A model generated the notes under the pieces. The model was not told the origin of the DNA, searched no databases, and saw nothing but the letters and a program-made list of their open reading frames with translations. Position numbers and translations under genes: made by a program. This document shows, piece by piece, positions 40,235 through 50,449 of a stretch of 64,000 nt of DNA. Position 1 is the stretch's first letter; each line of letters begins with the position of its first letter. This stretch comes from an uncultured Actinomycetes bacterium. Its GTDB lineage: Bacteria; Actinomycetota; Actinomycetes; Streptosporangiales; Streptosporangiaceae. The DNA lies in NCBI GenBank assembly GCA_963798675.1, contig CAWCUJ010000046.1, forward strand, positions 55,390 to 119,389, in the 5' to 3' direction.

Positions 40235-40287
40235 ACCACAACATCTAGTACTTACATCGTTGTGTTTTTTCCACAAGTTGTGTTCAC
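40235..40287. promoter_or_regulatory. NrdR-box-like palindromic sequences upstream of nrdR-nrdJ
   Basis: accacaacatctagtacttacatcgttgtgtt and ccacaagttgtgttcac contain CACAA/TTGTG half-sites, in an AT-richer leader. Confidence 0.5.
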
Positions 40288-40334
40288 AGGTAAACTGATA
40301 AGTGAACACGAACGATGGCCAGGGAGGTGATCGC

Positions 40335-40931
40335 GTGTACTGCCCCTTCTGCCGTCATCCGGACAGCAGGGTCATCGACAGCAGGACGGCAGACGACGGC
40401 GCCGCGATCCGCCGCCGGAGGTCGTGCCCGGAGTGCGGGCGGCGGTTCACCACCCAGGAGACGGTCATCTTGATGGTGGCCAAGCGCAGCGGTGTCACGG
40501 AGCCGTTCACCCGGGACAAGATCATCCATGGCGTGCAGCGCGCGTGTCAGGGACGGCCGGTCAGCGAGGACAAGCTGGCGATCCTGGCCCAGCAGGTGGA
40601 GGAGACGATCAGGGCGCGGGGGCTGGCCGAAGTTCCCTCGCACGAGGTGGGCCTGGCCATCCTGGGCCCGCTGAGGGATCTGGACGAGGTGGCCTACCTG
40701 AGGTTCGCCTCGGTCTACCGAGGGTTCGAGTCGCTCGCCGACTTCGAGAATGAGATCACCGCCCTGCGCCGGAGCCGCCGTGACGACGCGGCCAAGGCCG
40801 ACGTCGCGACGAAGGCCCGCGGCGAGCCTGGAACCGGCGCCGTAAGGGCGGCATCAGAGTTGTCATTGTTGCGGCCAGGCCATGCAGGGCCTGTCAGGGA
40901 TCCGGCGGATCCCGGAAGGGGGACGAAATGA
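40335..40931 (+). CDS. nrdR: Transcriptional repressor NrdR
   Basis: GTG start after [24 protein letters not shown]...[10 protein letters not shown] zinc ribbon plus an ATP-cone. Its stop overlaps the nrdJ start. Confidence 0.9.
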   Translation: MYCPFCRHPDSRVIDSRTADDGAAIRRRRSCPECGRRFTTQETVILMVAKRSGVTEPFTRDKIIHGVQRACQGRPVSEDKLAILAQQVEETIRARGLAEVPSHEVGLAILGPLRDLDEVAYLRFASVYRGFESLADFENEITALRRSRRDDAAKADVATKARGEPGTGAVRAASELSLLRPGHAGPVRDPADPGRGTK

Positions 40932-43900
40932 CGGAGACGGTGAGCGGCGCGACGACCCGCAAGGGGAAGGCAGCCCAAGCCCAGGCCGGACCGAGCAAGC
41001 TCACGATCGGGCGCATCCACACCACCCCGGGCGTGCACCCCTATGACCAGGTGACCTGGGAACGCCGGGACGTCGTGATGACGAACTGGCGGGACGGCTC
41101 GGTCAACTTCGAGCAGCGCGGCGTAGAGTTTCCCGACTTCTGGTCGGTGAACGCCGCCAACATCGTGACCACCAAGTATTTCCGCGGCGCGGTCGGCTCA
41201 CCGCAGCGCGAGTGGAGCCTCAAGCAGCTCGTGGACCGGGTCGTCGATACCTACGAGAAGGCAGGCCGGGAGCACGGCTACTTCGCCACCGCCGAGGACG
41301 CCGAGATCTTCGGCCACGAGCTCAGGTACGCCCTGGTCCACCAGGTCTTCAGCTTCAACTCCCCCGTCTGGTTCAACGTCGGCACCGCGTCCCCGCAGCA
41401 GGTCAGCGCGTGCCAGCCGTACGGCGCGTTGGTAAGCACGCCCGCAGGGCTCGTTCCCATCGGCAAGCTGGTCGAACAGGACGCCAAAGGCACCAAGGTC
41501 TATGATGCACACGGCGTGACCCGGATCGTCGCGACTAAGGCAAACGGCGTGAAGCCAGTACTCCGCCTGCACACCAAGGCGGGCTATGCGCTCGACGTAA
41601 CGTCGGATCATCTCGTCTGGCGGTCATCAGATCGCGATACCGGCCGCTTCGTGCCAGCCGGGAGCCTGCAGCCGGGGGACACGCTGCAATGGCATCGGCG
41701 CGATAGTCATGGCGAGGCCGAGATCAGCCGGTGCGAGATCGCCGAAGCAGCGCTGGCTGGCTGGCTGCAATCAGACGGGTTCGTGGGCCAGTACCACGGT
41801 ACGAACCGATCCCTCACTATCGAGGCCATGACGGTTACCGACTCCGAGTTGGCCTGGGTAATCGAGTCGCTGGACCTGCTCTTCCCTCGTGTGCACCGTC
41901 ACGAGCGGCATGTCAGTACGCAGGACGAGCGGCTCGACTGCCGGCGCACCCGGCTGTACGGGGAAGTCCTGCGGGACTTCGTCGATCGCTGGAACTTGCT
42001 AGCCCGCGGCACCGAGATGACGGTCCCGTGCCAGCTCTTCACGGCACCGCTTCCTGTCGTGGCCGCCTATCTGAAGAGCGTCTTCCAGGCCGAGGGATTC
42101 GTGTCGGCGCGCAAATCCTCCACCGTCGTGGAGGTCGACATGATATCCGAGCAGCTCATCAGGGGTATGCAGCAGCTACTGCTCCGCTTCGGCATCTACT
42201 CGCGGGTCGGCTTCAAGCCGGATGCTCGCGCAGACCGCTATGGGTGCTGGACTCTCCGAGTCCAGTCTGCTGGTGATAGGCGCATCTTCGCGGATGCGAT
42301 CGGCTTCGTGGACCCCGTCAAGGCGGCCAAGCTCGAACGGAGCTTTGATCTTCCCGGGCTCTCTGCGCGCGAGACCAAGCGCCTAGAGATCGACCGGATC
42401 GAGGAACTGGGTGTTATGGAGGTCTACGACATCCAGACCGAGAGCGGTGAGTACCTGTCCGGCAACTTGCGGGTCCACAACTGCTTCATCCTGGCCGTGG
42501 ACGACACCATGGACGCCATCCTGGACTGGTACCGGGAGGAGGGACTGATCTTCAAGGGCGGATCGGGCGCCGGCGTCAACCTGTCCAAGATCCGGTCGAG
42601 CAAGGAGCTGCTGTCCTCCGGAGGCACCGCGAGCGGCCCGGTCTCGTTCATGCGCGGCGCCGACGCCTCGGCCGGCACGATCAAGTCGGGCGGCGCCACC
42701 CGGCGCGCGGCCAAGATGGTCGTGCTCGACGTGGACCACCCGGACGTGGCCGACTTCATCACGACCAAGGCACGCGAGGAAGAGAAGGTCCGGGTGCTCC
42801 GCGACGCCGGGTTCGACATGGACCTCGGCGGCAAGGACATCGTCAGCGTCCAGTACCAGAACGCCAACAACTCGGTCCGGGTGTCCGACGAGTTCATGCG
42901 CGCGGTAGAGGAAGGCAAGGAGTTCGACCTGCTGGCCCGGCGCACCGGCGAGGTCGTCGAGCGGGTTGACGCGCGAAAGCTGATGCGCATGATGGCGCAG
43001 GCGGCGTGGGACTGCGCCGATCCCGGCATCCAGTACGACGGCACGATCAACGACTGGCACACCTGCCCCGAATCCGGCCGCATCACCGCCAGCAACCCGT
43101 GCTCCGAGTACATTCACCTGGATAACTCCAGTTGCAACCTCGCCAGCATCAACCTGCTTAAGTTCCTTCGCGACGACGACACCTTCGACGCCGAGCGGTT
43201 CGCGAAGATGACGGAGCTGATCATCACCGCGATGGACATCTCCATCTGCTTCGCCGACTTCCCGACCGAAAAGATCGCCGCCACCACCCGCGCCTACCGG
43301 CAGCTTGGCATCGGCTACGCCAACCTGGGCGCGCTGCTGATGGCCACCGGCCACGCCTACGACTCGGCAGGCGGCCGGGCCATCGCCGCCGCCATTACCT
43401 CGCTGATGACCGCCGCCGCCTACAAGACGTCAGCCGAACTAGCCGCCGCCGTCGGTCCCTACGACGGCTACGAGCGCAACGCCAGGCCGCACAAGCGGGT
43501 CATCCGCAAGCACGCCGACGCCAGCGAGAACATCCGCCCGGCCGGCCCGATGGAACGCGAGATCCTCGACCTGGCCAACGAGACCTGGCAGGAATGCGCC
43601 GAGCTCGGCGAGACAAATGGGTATAGAAACGCCCAAGCTAGCCTATTGGCACCTACAGGCACTATAGGCCTCATGATGGACTGCGACACCACCGGCATCG
43701 AGCCCGACCTGGCCCTGGTCAAGTTCAAGAAGCTAGTCGGCGGCGGCTCCATGCAGATCGTCAACCAGACCGTGCCGCGCGCGCTGAAGAACCTCGGCTA
43801 CCCGCACGAGCAGGCCGAGGCGATCACCGAGTACATCGCCGAGCACGGCCACGTGGTGAACGCCCCCGGGCTTCGGCCCGAGCACTATGAGGTGTTCGAC

Positions 43901-45760
43901 TGCGCGATGGGCGAGCGCGCGATCAGCCCGATGGGCCACGTCCGGATGATGGCCGCCGTCCAACCGCACCTGAGTGGCGCCATTAGCAAGTGCGTGACCG
44001 GGGAGACACTGGTTCCCTCGGCTGAGGGGCTTATCCGGATCGGCAACCTCCATGCTGGCGAAGAAGAGGACAGCTTCCGTGAAGAGCGGCTGGTGATCTC
44101 GTCGCTGGGCGGGGACAGGAAGACCGACGCCTTCTACTACGGCGGAACACGGCCGGTGCGCCGCGTCCGCCTTCGCTCCGGCCACACGATCACAGGCACC
44201 TATCCGCACCGCCTGTTGGTCGCCGGCGAGGGTTGCCTCGAGTGGAAGACGCTCGGCGAGATAGCAGAAGGCGATGCGGTCGCGATTCAATACGGCGCCG
44301 AACTCTGGGCCACGATGCCGGCCGGTCTGCGCGACATCAAGGTCTCCGCTTCTTATGGCAACCAGAAGCAGGTGAGGCTTCCGGAGGAAATGAGTACCGA
44401 GCTTGCCTTCCTCTTGGGTGCCTATGCCGCGGAAGGTCACATCACTCGCACCAACTGGACGATCCGCATCACGAACTCCGTGCCCGGAGTGCTTGAGCGG
44501 GTCCGGCACGCGTGGCAGGAAGTGTTCGGTGTGCAGGCGAGGATGGGAGCGCAACCCGGTAAGTGCCCGGAAGTTGCCGTCTCGTCCAAGGCGATCGTCG
44601 AGTTCTTCGAAGCGCTCGGGTGCGGTTCACGGGCATCGGAGAAGCGCATTCCGGACGCGGTGTTGCGGTCGCCCAGGGAGATGGTGTTGGCGTTCCTGCA
44701 AGGCCTCGCTCTAGATGCGTACGTGACGACCGCAACCCCGAAGTGGGCGATCTGTCTGGACAGCCGGAAGCTGCTCGACGACCTCCAGGTGATCATGACC
44801 AACCTCGGTGTCCTGCACAGCAGGGTGACTAAGCACAACAAGGACAACGGCAAGGATTACGACGAGGTCCATGCCTCCGGGCTGCAGGGGCAGCTGATGG
44901 TCAGCCTCGTCCCGTTCCTGGAACCGGACAAAGCCGCGCGGGCCGCGAAGTTCCTGACGTTGGATTACTCCACCGGCACGGCCGACGTCGTCCCCGGAAT
45001 CACCGGGCGGAAACTCTACGAGATGATCCCACTTGCCAGCGGTCGCGGCAACGGGCGCAGCTGGCGCAACCAGTTCACCTATCTACGCGACCCGCGTACC
45101 CAGCACGTCACCCGGCGCACGCTGGAGCGGGTCTCCACTCTGCCGGGCGTCGAGTTGCCGGGATGGCTCCGTCAAGTGATCGAAGGAAATCTTCACTTCT
45201 CGCCCGTCGACTCGGTGACGGACATGGGTGACGCGGAAGTGTATGACCTTTCGGTGCCAGAAACCCATGCATTTGTCGCCAACGGCATCATGAATCACAA
45301 CACGGTCAACATGCCGGAAAGCGCCACCGTCGAGGAGATCGAGCGGATCTACTTCGAGGGCTGGAAGCTCGGCCTGAAGGCGCTGGCCATCTACCGGGAC
45401 AACTGCAAGGTCGGCCAGCCGCTCTCGGACGCCAGGAAGAAGCCCGCCGAGGCGGGGCCTGCTCAGGCTCCGGCCGCCGTGGCGCACGAGCACCGGCCGG
45501 TCCGCAGGCGGCTGCCCAGGCAGCGGCCCGCCACCGTGACCAGGTTCTCCGTCGCGGGCGCCGAAGGCTACATGACCGCCTCCAGCTACCCGGACGACGG
45601 CGTCGGCGAGGTGTTCCTCAAGCTCGGCAAGCAGGGCTCGACGCTGGCCGGCGTGATGGACGCCTTCTCCATGGCCATCTCGGTCGGCCTGCAGTACGGC
45701 ATCCCGCTTGATTCCTACGTGGCCAAGTTCACCAACATGCGGTTCGAGCGGCCGGCCTGA
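40928..45760 (+). CDS. nrdJ: Class II (B12-dependent) ribonucleotide reductase with two inteins; the frame ends prematurely at 45760
   Basis: Extein blocks [12 protein letters not shown]|[27 protein letters not shown]|TVNMP and AIYRDNCK. See the intein and frameshift entries. Confidence 0.9.
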   Translation: MTETVSGATTRKGKAAQAQAGPSKLTIGRIHTTPGVHPYDQVTWERRDVVMTNWRDGSVNFEQRGVEFPDFWSVNAANIVTTKYFRGAVGSPQREWSLKQLVDRVVDTYEKAGREHGYFATAEDAEIFGHELRYALVHQVFSFNSPVWFNVGTASPQQVSACQPYGALVSTPAGLVPIGKLVEQDAKGTKVYDAHGVTRIVATKANGVKPVLRLHTKAGYALDVTSDHLVWRSSDRDTGRFVPAGSLQPGDTLQWHRRDSHGEAEISRCEIAEAALAGWLQSDGFVGQYHGTNRSLTIEAMTVTDSELAWVIESLDLLFPRVHRHERHVSTQDERLDCRRTRLYGEVLRDFVDRWNLLARGTEMTVPCQLFTAPLPVVAAYLKSVFQAEGFVSARKSSTVVEVDMISEQLIRGMQQLLLRFGIYSRVGFKPDARADRYGCWTLRVQSAGDRRIFADAIGFVDPVKAAKLERSFDLPGLSARETKRLEIDRIEELGVMEVYDIQTESGEYLSGNLRVHNCFILAVDDTMDAILDWYREEGLIFKGGSGAGVNLSKIRSSKELLSSGGTASGPVSFMRGADASAGTIKSGGATRRAAKMVVLDVDHPDVADFITTKAREEEKVRVLRDAGFDMDLGGKDIVSVQYQNANNSVRVSDEFMRAVEEGKEFDLLARRTGEVVERVDARKLMRMMAQAAWDCADPGIQYDGTINDWHTCPESGRITASNPCSEYIHLDNSSCNLASINLLKFLRDDDTFDAERFAKMTELIITAMDISICFADFPTEKIAATTRAYRQLGIGYANLGALLMATGHAYDSAGGRAIAAAITSLMTAAAYKTSAELAAAVGPYDGYERNARPHKRVIRKHADASENIRPAGPMEREILDLANETWQECAELGETNGYRNAQASLLAPTGTIGLMMDCDTTGIEPDLALVKFKKLVGGGSMQIVNQTVPRALKNLGYPHEQAEAITEYIAEHGHVVNAPGLRPEHYEVFDCAMGERAISPMGHVRMMAAVQPHLSGAISKCVTGETLVPSAEGLIRIGNLHAGEEEDSFREERLVISSLGGDRKTDAFYYGGTRPVRRVRLRSGHTITGTYPHRLLVAGEGCLEWKTLGEIAEGDAVAIQYGAELWATMPAGLRDIKVSASYGNQKQVRLPEEMSTELAFLLGAYAAEGHITRTNWTIRITNSVPGVLERVRHAWQEVFGVQARMGAQPGKCPEVAVSSKAIVEFFEALGCGSRASEKRIPDAVLRSPREMVLAFLQGLALDAYVTTATPKWAICLDSRKLLDDLQVIMTNLGVLHSRVTKHNKDNGKDYDEVHASGLQGQLMVSLVPFLEPDKAARAAKFLTLDYSTGTADVVPGITGRKLYEMIPLASGRGNGRSWRNQFTYLRDPRTQHVTRRTLERVSTLPGVELPGWLRQVIEGNLHFSPVDSVTDMGDAEVYDLSVPETHAFVANGIMNHNTVNMPESATVEEIERIYFEGWKLGLKALAIYRDNCKVGQPLSDARKKPAEAGPAQAPAAVAHEHRPVRRRLPRQRPATVTRFSVAGAEGYMTASSYPDDGVGEVFLKLGKQGSTLAGVMDAFSMAISVGLQYGIPLDSYVAKFTNMRFERPA
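41411..42481 (+). mobile_element. Intein 1 (357 aa) with LAGLIDADG homing endonuclease
   Basis: Starts CQPYGALV and ends LRVHN, followed by +1 Cys (CFILAV). LAGLIDADG-like [12 protein letters not shown] and [15 protein letters not shown]. Confidence 0.9.
43991..45301 (+). mobile_element. Intein 2 (437 aa) with LAGLIDADG homing endonuclease
   Basis: Starts CVTGETLV and ends IMNHN, followed by +1 Thr (TVNMP). [14 protein letters not shown] and [14 protein letters not shown]. Confidence 0.9.
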
Positions 45761-46203
45761 CCGACGACCCGGACATCAGGATCGCCAGCTCGGTAATGGA
45801 CTACATCTTCCGCCGCCTCGCGCTGGATCACCTGTCCTACGAGGAGCGCGCCGAGCTGGGCATCCTGTCGGCCGCCGAACGCGCCGCCGAGGTCGCGGGC
45901 CACGATCCTAACAACCCGGCCGGGATGAGCGAGGAGGTCGATCCCGTGGAACTTGCCCAGTCGGCCGCCGTAGAACAGCCTCATCATGCCGAACGGACCG
46001 TGGTGCAAGCCCCGGCTCAACCTCAACATCAGCCCGGTGCCGCCCCCTTTCCCGCCGCCCCGCACAGCTCGACCGAACTGATCGAGGCCCAGCAGGGCCG
46101 GACCGCCGACGCTCCGCTCTGCCTCACCTGCGGCACCAAGATGCGTCCGGCGGGCAGCTGCTACGTCTGCGAAGGCTGCGGCTCCACCAGCGGCTGCAGC
46201 TAA
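45748..46203 (+). CDS. nrdJ: NrdJ C-terminal segment in a shifted frame
   Basis: [29 protein letters not shown]...DAPLCLTCGTKMRPAGSCYVCEGCGSTSGCS is the normal NrdJ C-terminus. The frame differs from that of 40928..45760. Confidence 0.8.
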   Translation, partial: AAGLTDDPDIRIASSVMDYIFRRLALDHLSYEERAELGILSAAERAAEVAGHDPNNPAGMSEEVDPVELAQSAAVEQPHHAERTVVQAPAQPQHQPGAAPFPAAPHSSTELIEAQQGRTADAPLCLTCGTKMRPAGSCYVCEGCGSTSGCS

Positions 46204-46269
46204 AAATGAGCGGTATTGCATCAGATGCAACAAGAGATGCGGCTGGCCCGGGGATCCGCCGGGCCAGCC

Positions 46270-46459
46270 GGTATACGGCATCGACGCCCACGCCGGCCGC
46301 AATACCGGGCGCCTTGCCTTGGCCGCCGAGCTGCCCGCCTCGGTGCTGGCCGACCTGACCGGTATCAGCATCAGCACCGCCGAACGCTGGTCCCAGTGGG
46401 CCAAGCGGGACTGGGCCGTCTACGTCGGCCAGCGCGTCGCCGACGACCGCGAAGGGTAG
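46270..46459 (+). pseudogene. Possible integrase C-terminal remnant
   Basis: Third-frame translation GIDAHAGRNTGRLALAAELPASVLADLTGISISTAERWSQWAKRDWAVYV resembles C-terminal tails of actinobacterial tyrosine recombinases. There is no catalytic core. Weak call. Confidence 0.3.
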
Positions 46460-46534
46460 CGGTCACCGAAACCCGCTAAAGAAACCCACTAAACCTATTA
46501 ACCGACACTAATATTGGGTCGTTTAGTAGGTTGA

Positions 46535-47611
46535 TTGGGAGGTTCCTTGCGCAGCTTCGCTGACCTGGATGCGCTCATCGGGCTGGTGCCGGCCCAGGTC
46601 GTCACCCGGCTCAGCGCGATTGACTTCGGCCGGGGCTCGGAGGCGCTTTACCGTGACCAGATGACAGGGCTGCTTACCGAGCTCGCCGACCGGGCCCGCG
46701 TTCTGAGCATCACCGCCTCATCGGCGATCGAGGGCGTCATCGTCGCGGACGCCGATCGCGCCCAGCGGATCATCAACCGGCAGGCGACCACGCTGCGCAA
46801 CCGCAGTGAGCAGGAGCTGGCAGGCTACCGCGACGCTCAGGACTACCTGTTCCGGGAAGATTGGCGCCCGCTGAACGCTGGCCTGATCCTGCACTTGCAC
46901 CGACTGCTGTTCGCTCATACCGCCATACCAGGCGGGGCGTTCAAGACCGAGGACAACCTGGTCGTGGACCGCTCGCCAGACGGCTCTATCACCGTGCGCT
47001 TCAAGCCGGTGTCCGCCGCAGGCACCCCGTTCGCCGTCGACGACCTGATCGGGCGTTACCAGGACGCGGTCGCGGCGGGCCAGCACCATCCGGTGCTCCT
47101 GTCTGGGCTGTTCATCCTGGACCTACTCGTTATCCACGCCTTTGAGGACGGCAACGGACGAGTGGCCCGCCTGCTCACCAATGCCATGCTCAGCGAGCGC
47201 GGCTACACGGTGGGCCGCTACGTGAGCCTTGAGCAGGCGATTGCCGAATCGGCTGACGCTTACTACCAGGCGCTCCTGGATTCCACCCACGGCTGGCACG
47301 AGGGCGCCGCCGACCCATGGCCCTGGCTCGGCTACTTCACCAGCGTGATCGCCGGTGCCTACGCCGTCTTCGCCGAACGCGCGGCTGCGGCCCGGACCCC
47401 AGGGACCAAGCAGCAACGTGTCCGCGAGCACATCCTGCGCCACGCACCCGCCACGTTCCGCCTCGCCGATATAAGGGCGGCAGTGCCAGGTGTCAGTGAC
47501 CAGACCATCCGACTCGTCCTGGAACAGCTCAGGAACGAAGGTAAGGTCCGGGTCGACGGAACCGGCCGCTCCGCGACCTGGAGCCGCACGAATACCGCAC
47601 CCTCCGAATAA
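46535..47611 (+). CDS. Fic-family protein with a C-terminal wHTH
   Basis: Fic motif HAFEDGNGRVARLL. An N-terminal TASSAIEG matches the (S/T)xxxE(G/N) inhibitory motif. Confidence 0.9.
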   Translation: MGGSLRSFADLDALIGLVPAQVVTRLSAIDFGRGSEALYRDQMTGLLTELADRARVLSITASSAIEGVIVADADRAQRIINRQATTLRNRSEQELAGYRDAQDYLFREDWRPLNAGLILHLHRLLFAHTAIPGGAFKTEDNLVVDRSPDGSITVRFKPVSAAGTPFAVDDLIGRYQDAVAAGQHHPVLLSGLFILDLLVIHAFEDGNGRVARLLTNAMLSERGYTVGRYVSLEQAIAESADAYYQALLDSTHGWHEGAADPWPWLGYFTSVIAGAYAVFAERAAAARTPGTKQQRVREHILRHAPATFRLADIRAAVPGVSDQTIRLVLEQLRNEGKVRVDGTGRSATWSRTNTAPSE

Positions 47612-48109
47612 GTGCCCTGCGCCAGCAAAGTGATCGGTATTGCTGCGTCGGATGCCGCGAGGGTTTTGGCGGATCCGAATGCGACTGGCGCTGAGCGGTC
47701 GGCGGCTGCAAGCGCGCTGGCGCAGGCAGCTCACCAGGCCCGGCTCATCAGGCCCTTCATGCACTGGTTCGTGCTGCGCCGCGCCCGCCGGACCGCCGCC
47801 CTTGGACCTGCGGGTCACCGTGCGCAGACGAATTCCCAGTACCTGGACGCCGGCCTGGCGTTCGGACGCGGAGGACGAGGTAAAGGCAACCTCACGACTG
47901 CTCGGCACCGACGGCAGCCCTTGGGGCGAGAACCCGCTGTCCACCGTTTTCCCGGTATCAGGGATGCTGATCGACACGGTAATCCAGAACGCCGACGCCA
48001 TCCACGTGCTGCTGGAATCTCGTGTGACATCCACCCTCGCCCTGGACGCCCAGGCCCGTGCAGCGCTTGAAGCTGCCGTCCAGGCCAGCGGTCCTGCTAA
48101 TATGCTTTT

Positions 48110-48370
48110 ATGCGCACCACGATTGACATGTCCCCAACCCTGATGAGAGCGGCCAAGGCACGTGCCGCCGAGCAGGGCGAAAGCCTCAAGGATCTCGTCA
48201 ATCGAGCGGTAGCACATGAAATAGGCCTTCCCGCCACGCCACGGGGGAAGGCGGGGCGCGTGACGCTGCCCCTGATCGCGCGCGACGCCGAGCCGACGGT
48301 CCTCGTCACCAATGAGGACATTGAGGACGCGTTCGACGCCGAGGATGTTGAGAGGTTCGCCGCCCAGTGA
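48110..48370 (+). CDS. Type II antitoxin (VapB-like)
   Basis: 86 aa, MRTTIDMSPTLMRAAKARAAEQGESL. Overlaps the downstream PIN gene by 4 nt. Confidence 0.75.
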   Translation: MRTTIDMSPTLMRAAKARAAEQGESLKDLVNRAVAHEIGLPATPRGKAGRVTLPLIARDAEPTVLVTNEDIEDAFDAEDVERFAAQ

Positions 48371-48792
48371 AGCTGGTAGACGTTGGCTTCTGGTTGGCAG
48401 CCGTCTGGGGACGGCACGTCCACCATCCGGTCGCGGCGGACTGGTTCGGCAGAGAGACGGATGACATCGTCTTCTGCCGGGTTACGCAGATGGGACTGCT
48501 CCGACTGCTGTCCAACCCCGCCGTCATGGGTGACGACGTCATCGACCGCAGCCAAGCATGGCGAACCTACGATCAGCTCTGGGCTGACGAGCGCGTTCTA
48601 TGGGCTGACGAGCCAACCGAACTGGACGCGGTCTGGCGTGCGATCTCCGCGCGTGATGACAAGAGACACAAGCTGTGGACCGATGACTACCTGGCAGCCT
48701 TTGCCCAGGCTAGCGACGCCACGCTGACAACCCTCGACCGCAAGATGCCCGCCCGCTACCCCTCTGTCCAGGTCGAACTGCTGCTCCCCTGA
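48367..48792 (+). CDS. PIN-domain toxin (VapC-like)
   Basis: 141 aa with LVDVGFWLA, and TDDYLAAFAQASDATLTTLD near the C-terminus. Confidence 0.75.
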   Translation: MKLVDVGFWLAAVWGRHVHHPVAADWFGRETDDIVFCRVTQMGLLRLLSNPAVMGDDVIDRSQAWRTYDQLWADERVLWADEPTELDAVWRAISARDDKRHKLWTDDYLAAFAQASDATLTTLDRKMPARYPSVQVELLLP

Positions 48793-48907
48793 CCCTGTCC
48801 GGTGGACATAATGCTTGAGCAGGCGGTCGGCACCGCAATAGTGCACTGCCCCAGTAAATGTGGCCGCTCTTCTGGTAAATGCCCTGCTCGGGTGGGGTGC
48901 AGGTGAG

Positions 48908-49085
48908 CTCCGAAATCGCACGCCGCGTCGGCGAGTTGCTCGGGGAGCGAGCCTTTCGGGCCATCGCTGCGCCATCAACGCTGTCGTGGCGGCTACGGCG
49001 CTTGAACTGGAGCGCCCGGTGGTGTTGCTGACCAGCGACCCGGACGATCGCACCAAGCTCGTGGAGGAACCAGAGCACCCGTCTC
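48908..49085 (+). pseudogene. 3' fragment of a PIN-toxin gene (paralog of 50431..50871)
   Basis: About 178 nt align with 50664-50842 at roughly 88% identity by eye, with a 1-nt indel. Encodes SGHRCAINAVVAATALELERPVVLLTSDPDD. Confidence 0.65.
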
Positions 49086-49158
49086 ATGCGAGCCAACCGC
49101 TGCGGGCGGCGCTGCTGATGTCGACCCAACGTTTCGTATATGTGTTTGATAAACTACG

Positions 49159-49899
49159 TTGTACGATAGTGTGATGGAACACACCTACTGGCAACGGAGG
49201 CTCGGGATGAGACGTGCCAAGGCACCCGATATGACCGGTCCGCACCTTACCGACCGTCAGCGCAAGATCCTCCAGGTCATCGAGGACACCACGCAGGCCT
49301 GCGGTTACCCGCCGACCATGCGGGAGATAGGGGACGCGGTCGGGCTGGCGAGTACGTCGAGTGTCTCTTATCAGCTATCGGTGCTGGCGGAGAAGGGATA
49401 CCTGAGCCGTGGTACCGGGCGCCCGCGCACGGCGGTGGTGCGCCTGCTCAATTCTCCGGGTATCGCGGAGCATGCTGATCGCGCGGATGGTGACACCGAG
49501 AGGCGGACAATAGCTCGCGTACCGCTGGTCGGCCGTATCGCCGCCGGCGGTCCGATTCTCGCCGACGAACTGATCGAGGACGTCATCCCTCTGCCCAGAC
49601 AACTGGTCGGCGAGGGTGAGCTCATCGCGCTCAAGGTCGTGGGTGATTCGATGATCGGCGCCGCGATCGCCGACGGCGACTGGGTGGTTGTCCGCCGGGA
49701 GTCGGACGTCGAGAACGGCGACATCGTTGCGGCCATGATCGAGAGCGATACGTCGGCGGACAGGGAGGCAACGGTCAAGACGTTCAAGAAGACCGACGGG
49801 CACGTCTGGTTGATTCCGCACAACCCCGCTTTCACCCCGATCCCAGGCGATGAGGCCAAGGTCCTCGGCAAGGTAGTCGCCGTGCTGCGCCGGGTCTGA
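49159..49899 (+). CDS. Second LexA-like S24 repressor (island-borne)
   Basis: [37 protein letters not shown] and TVKTFKK, all retained. There is an extra insert ESDTSADR relative to the chromosomal LexA. The likely real start is MTGPHLTD (about 49231). Confidence 0.85.
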   Translation: MYDSVMEHTYWQRRLGMRRAKAPDMTGPHLTDRQRKILQVIEDTTQACGYPPTMREIGDAVGLASTSSVSYQLSVLAEKGYLSRGTGRPRTAVVRLLNSPGIAEHADRADGDTERRTIARVPLVGRIAAGGPILADELIEDVIPLPRQLVGEGELIALKVVGDSMIGAAIADGDWVVVRRESDVENGDIVAAMIESDTSADREATVKTFKKTDGHVWLIPHNPAFTPIPGDEAKVLGKVVAVLRRV

Positions 49900-49981
49900 C
49901 GCTCACGGGCTCGCTGGAGAGCCGCCTGATGTGCCGAATGCCAGGCCACGTCAGGTTTACTACCGGTGGTAGCATCAAACC

Positions 49982-50449
49982 ATGAGTGCTGACCCGGCCC
50001 GCACCGAAGGCCAGGCTGAAGGTCAGGATGAGCATCTGCAGGAGCTAATGCGGTGCGTCCGTGCCCTGGAGGAGTACGCGCCAGCCGAAATAGCCAAGCT
50101 GCTCGCGTCACCTGGGTTGACGGACTACGCCAGGCGTGCCGTCGAGGCCGTTGCCGCCCTTCAAATGGCGGCGCATTACCCGGACATCGTTGCGGGCCGC
50201 ATAGTCGCGGAGGTCAAGTACGCCAGCCCGGCCCGCAAAGTCAGCGTGTCGATGCCAGAGGACCTCACCGCGGCTGTCCAACAGCGTGTTGGGCGCGGGA
50301 AGTTCAGCCAGTACGTAACCGAGGCCGTTACCCGGCAGCTCGAGATGGACATGCTCGATGAACTGTCGGCATTGCTTACCTCGGAGCATGGTCCGGTTCC
50401 CGAGGAATACCTGGCAGAGGCAAGGGCTGCATGGCCGGACGGCGAATAG
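49982..50449 (+). CDS. RHH-type antitoxin with an N-terminal extension of about 75 aa
   Basis: C-terminal KVSVSMPEDLTAAVQQRVGRGKFSQYVTEAVTRQL (CopG/RHH-like). Overlaps the downstream PIN gene. Confidence 0.65.
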   Translation: MSADPARTEGQAEGQDEHLQELMRCVRALEEYAPAEIAKLLASPGLTDYARRAVEAVAALQMAAHYPDIVAGRIVAEVKYASPARKVSVSMPEDLTAAVQQRVGRGKFSQYVTEAVTRQLEMDMLDELSALLTSEHGPVPEEYLAEARAAWPDGE

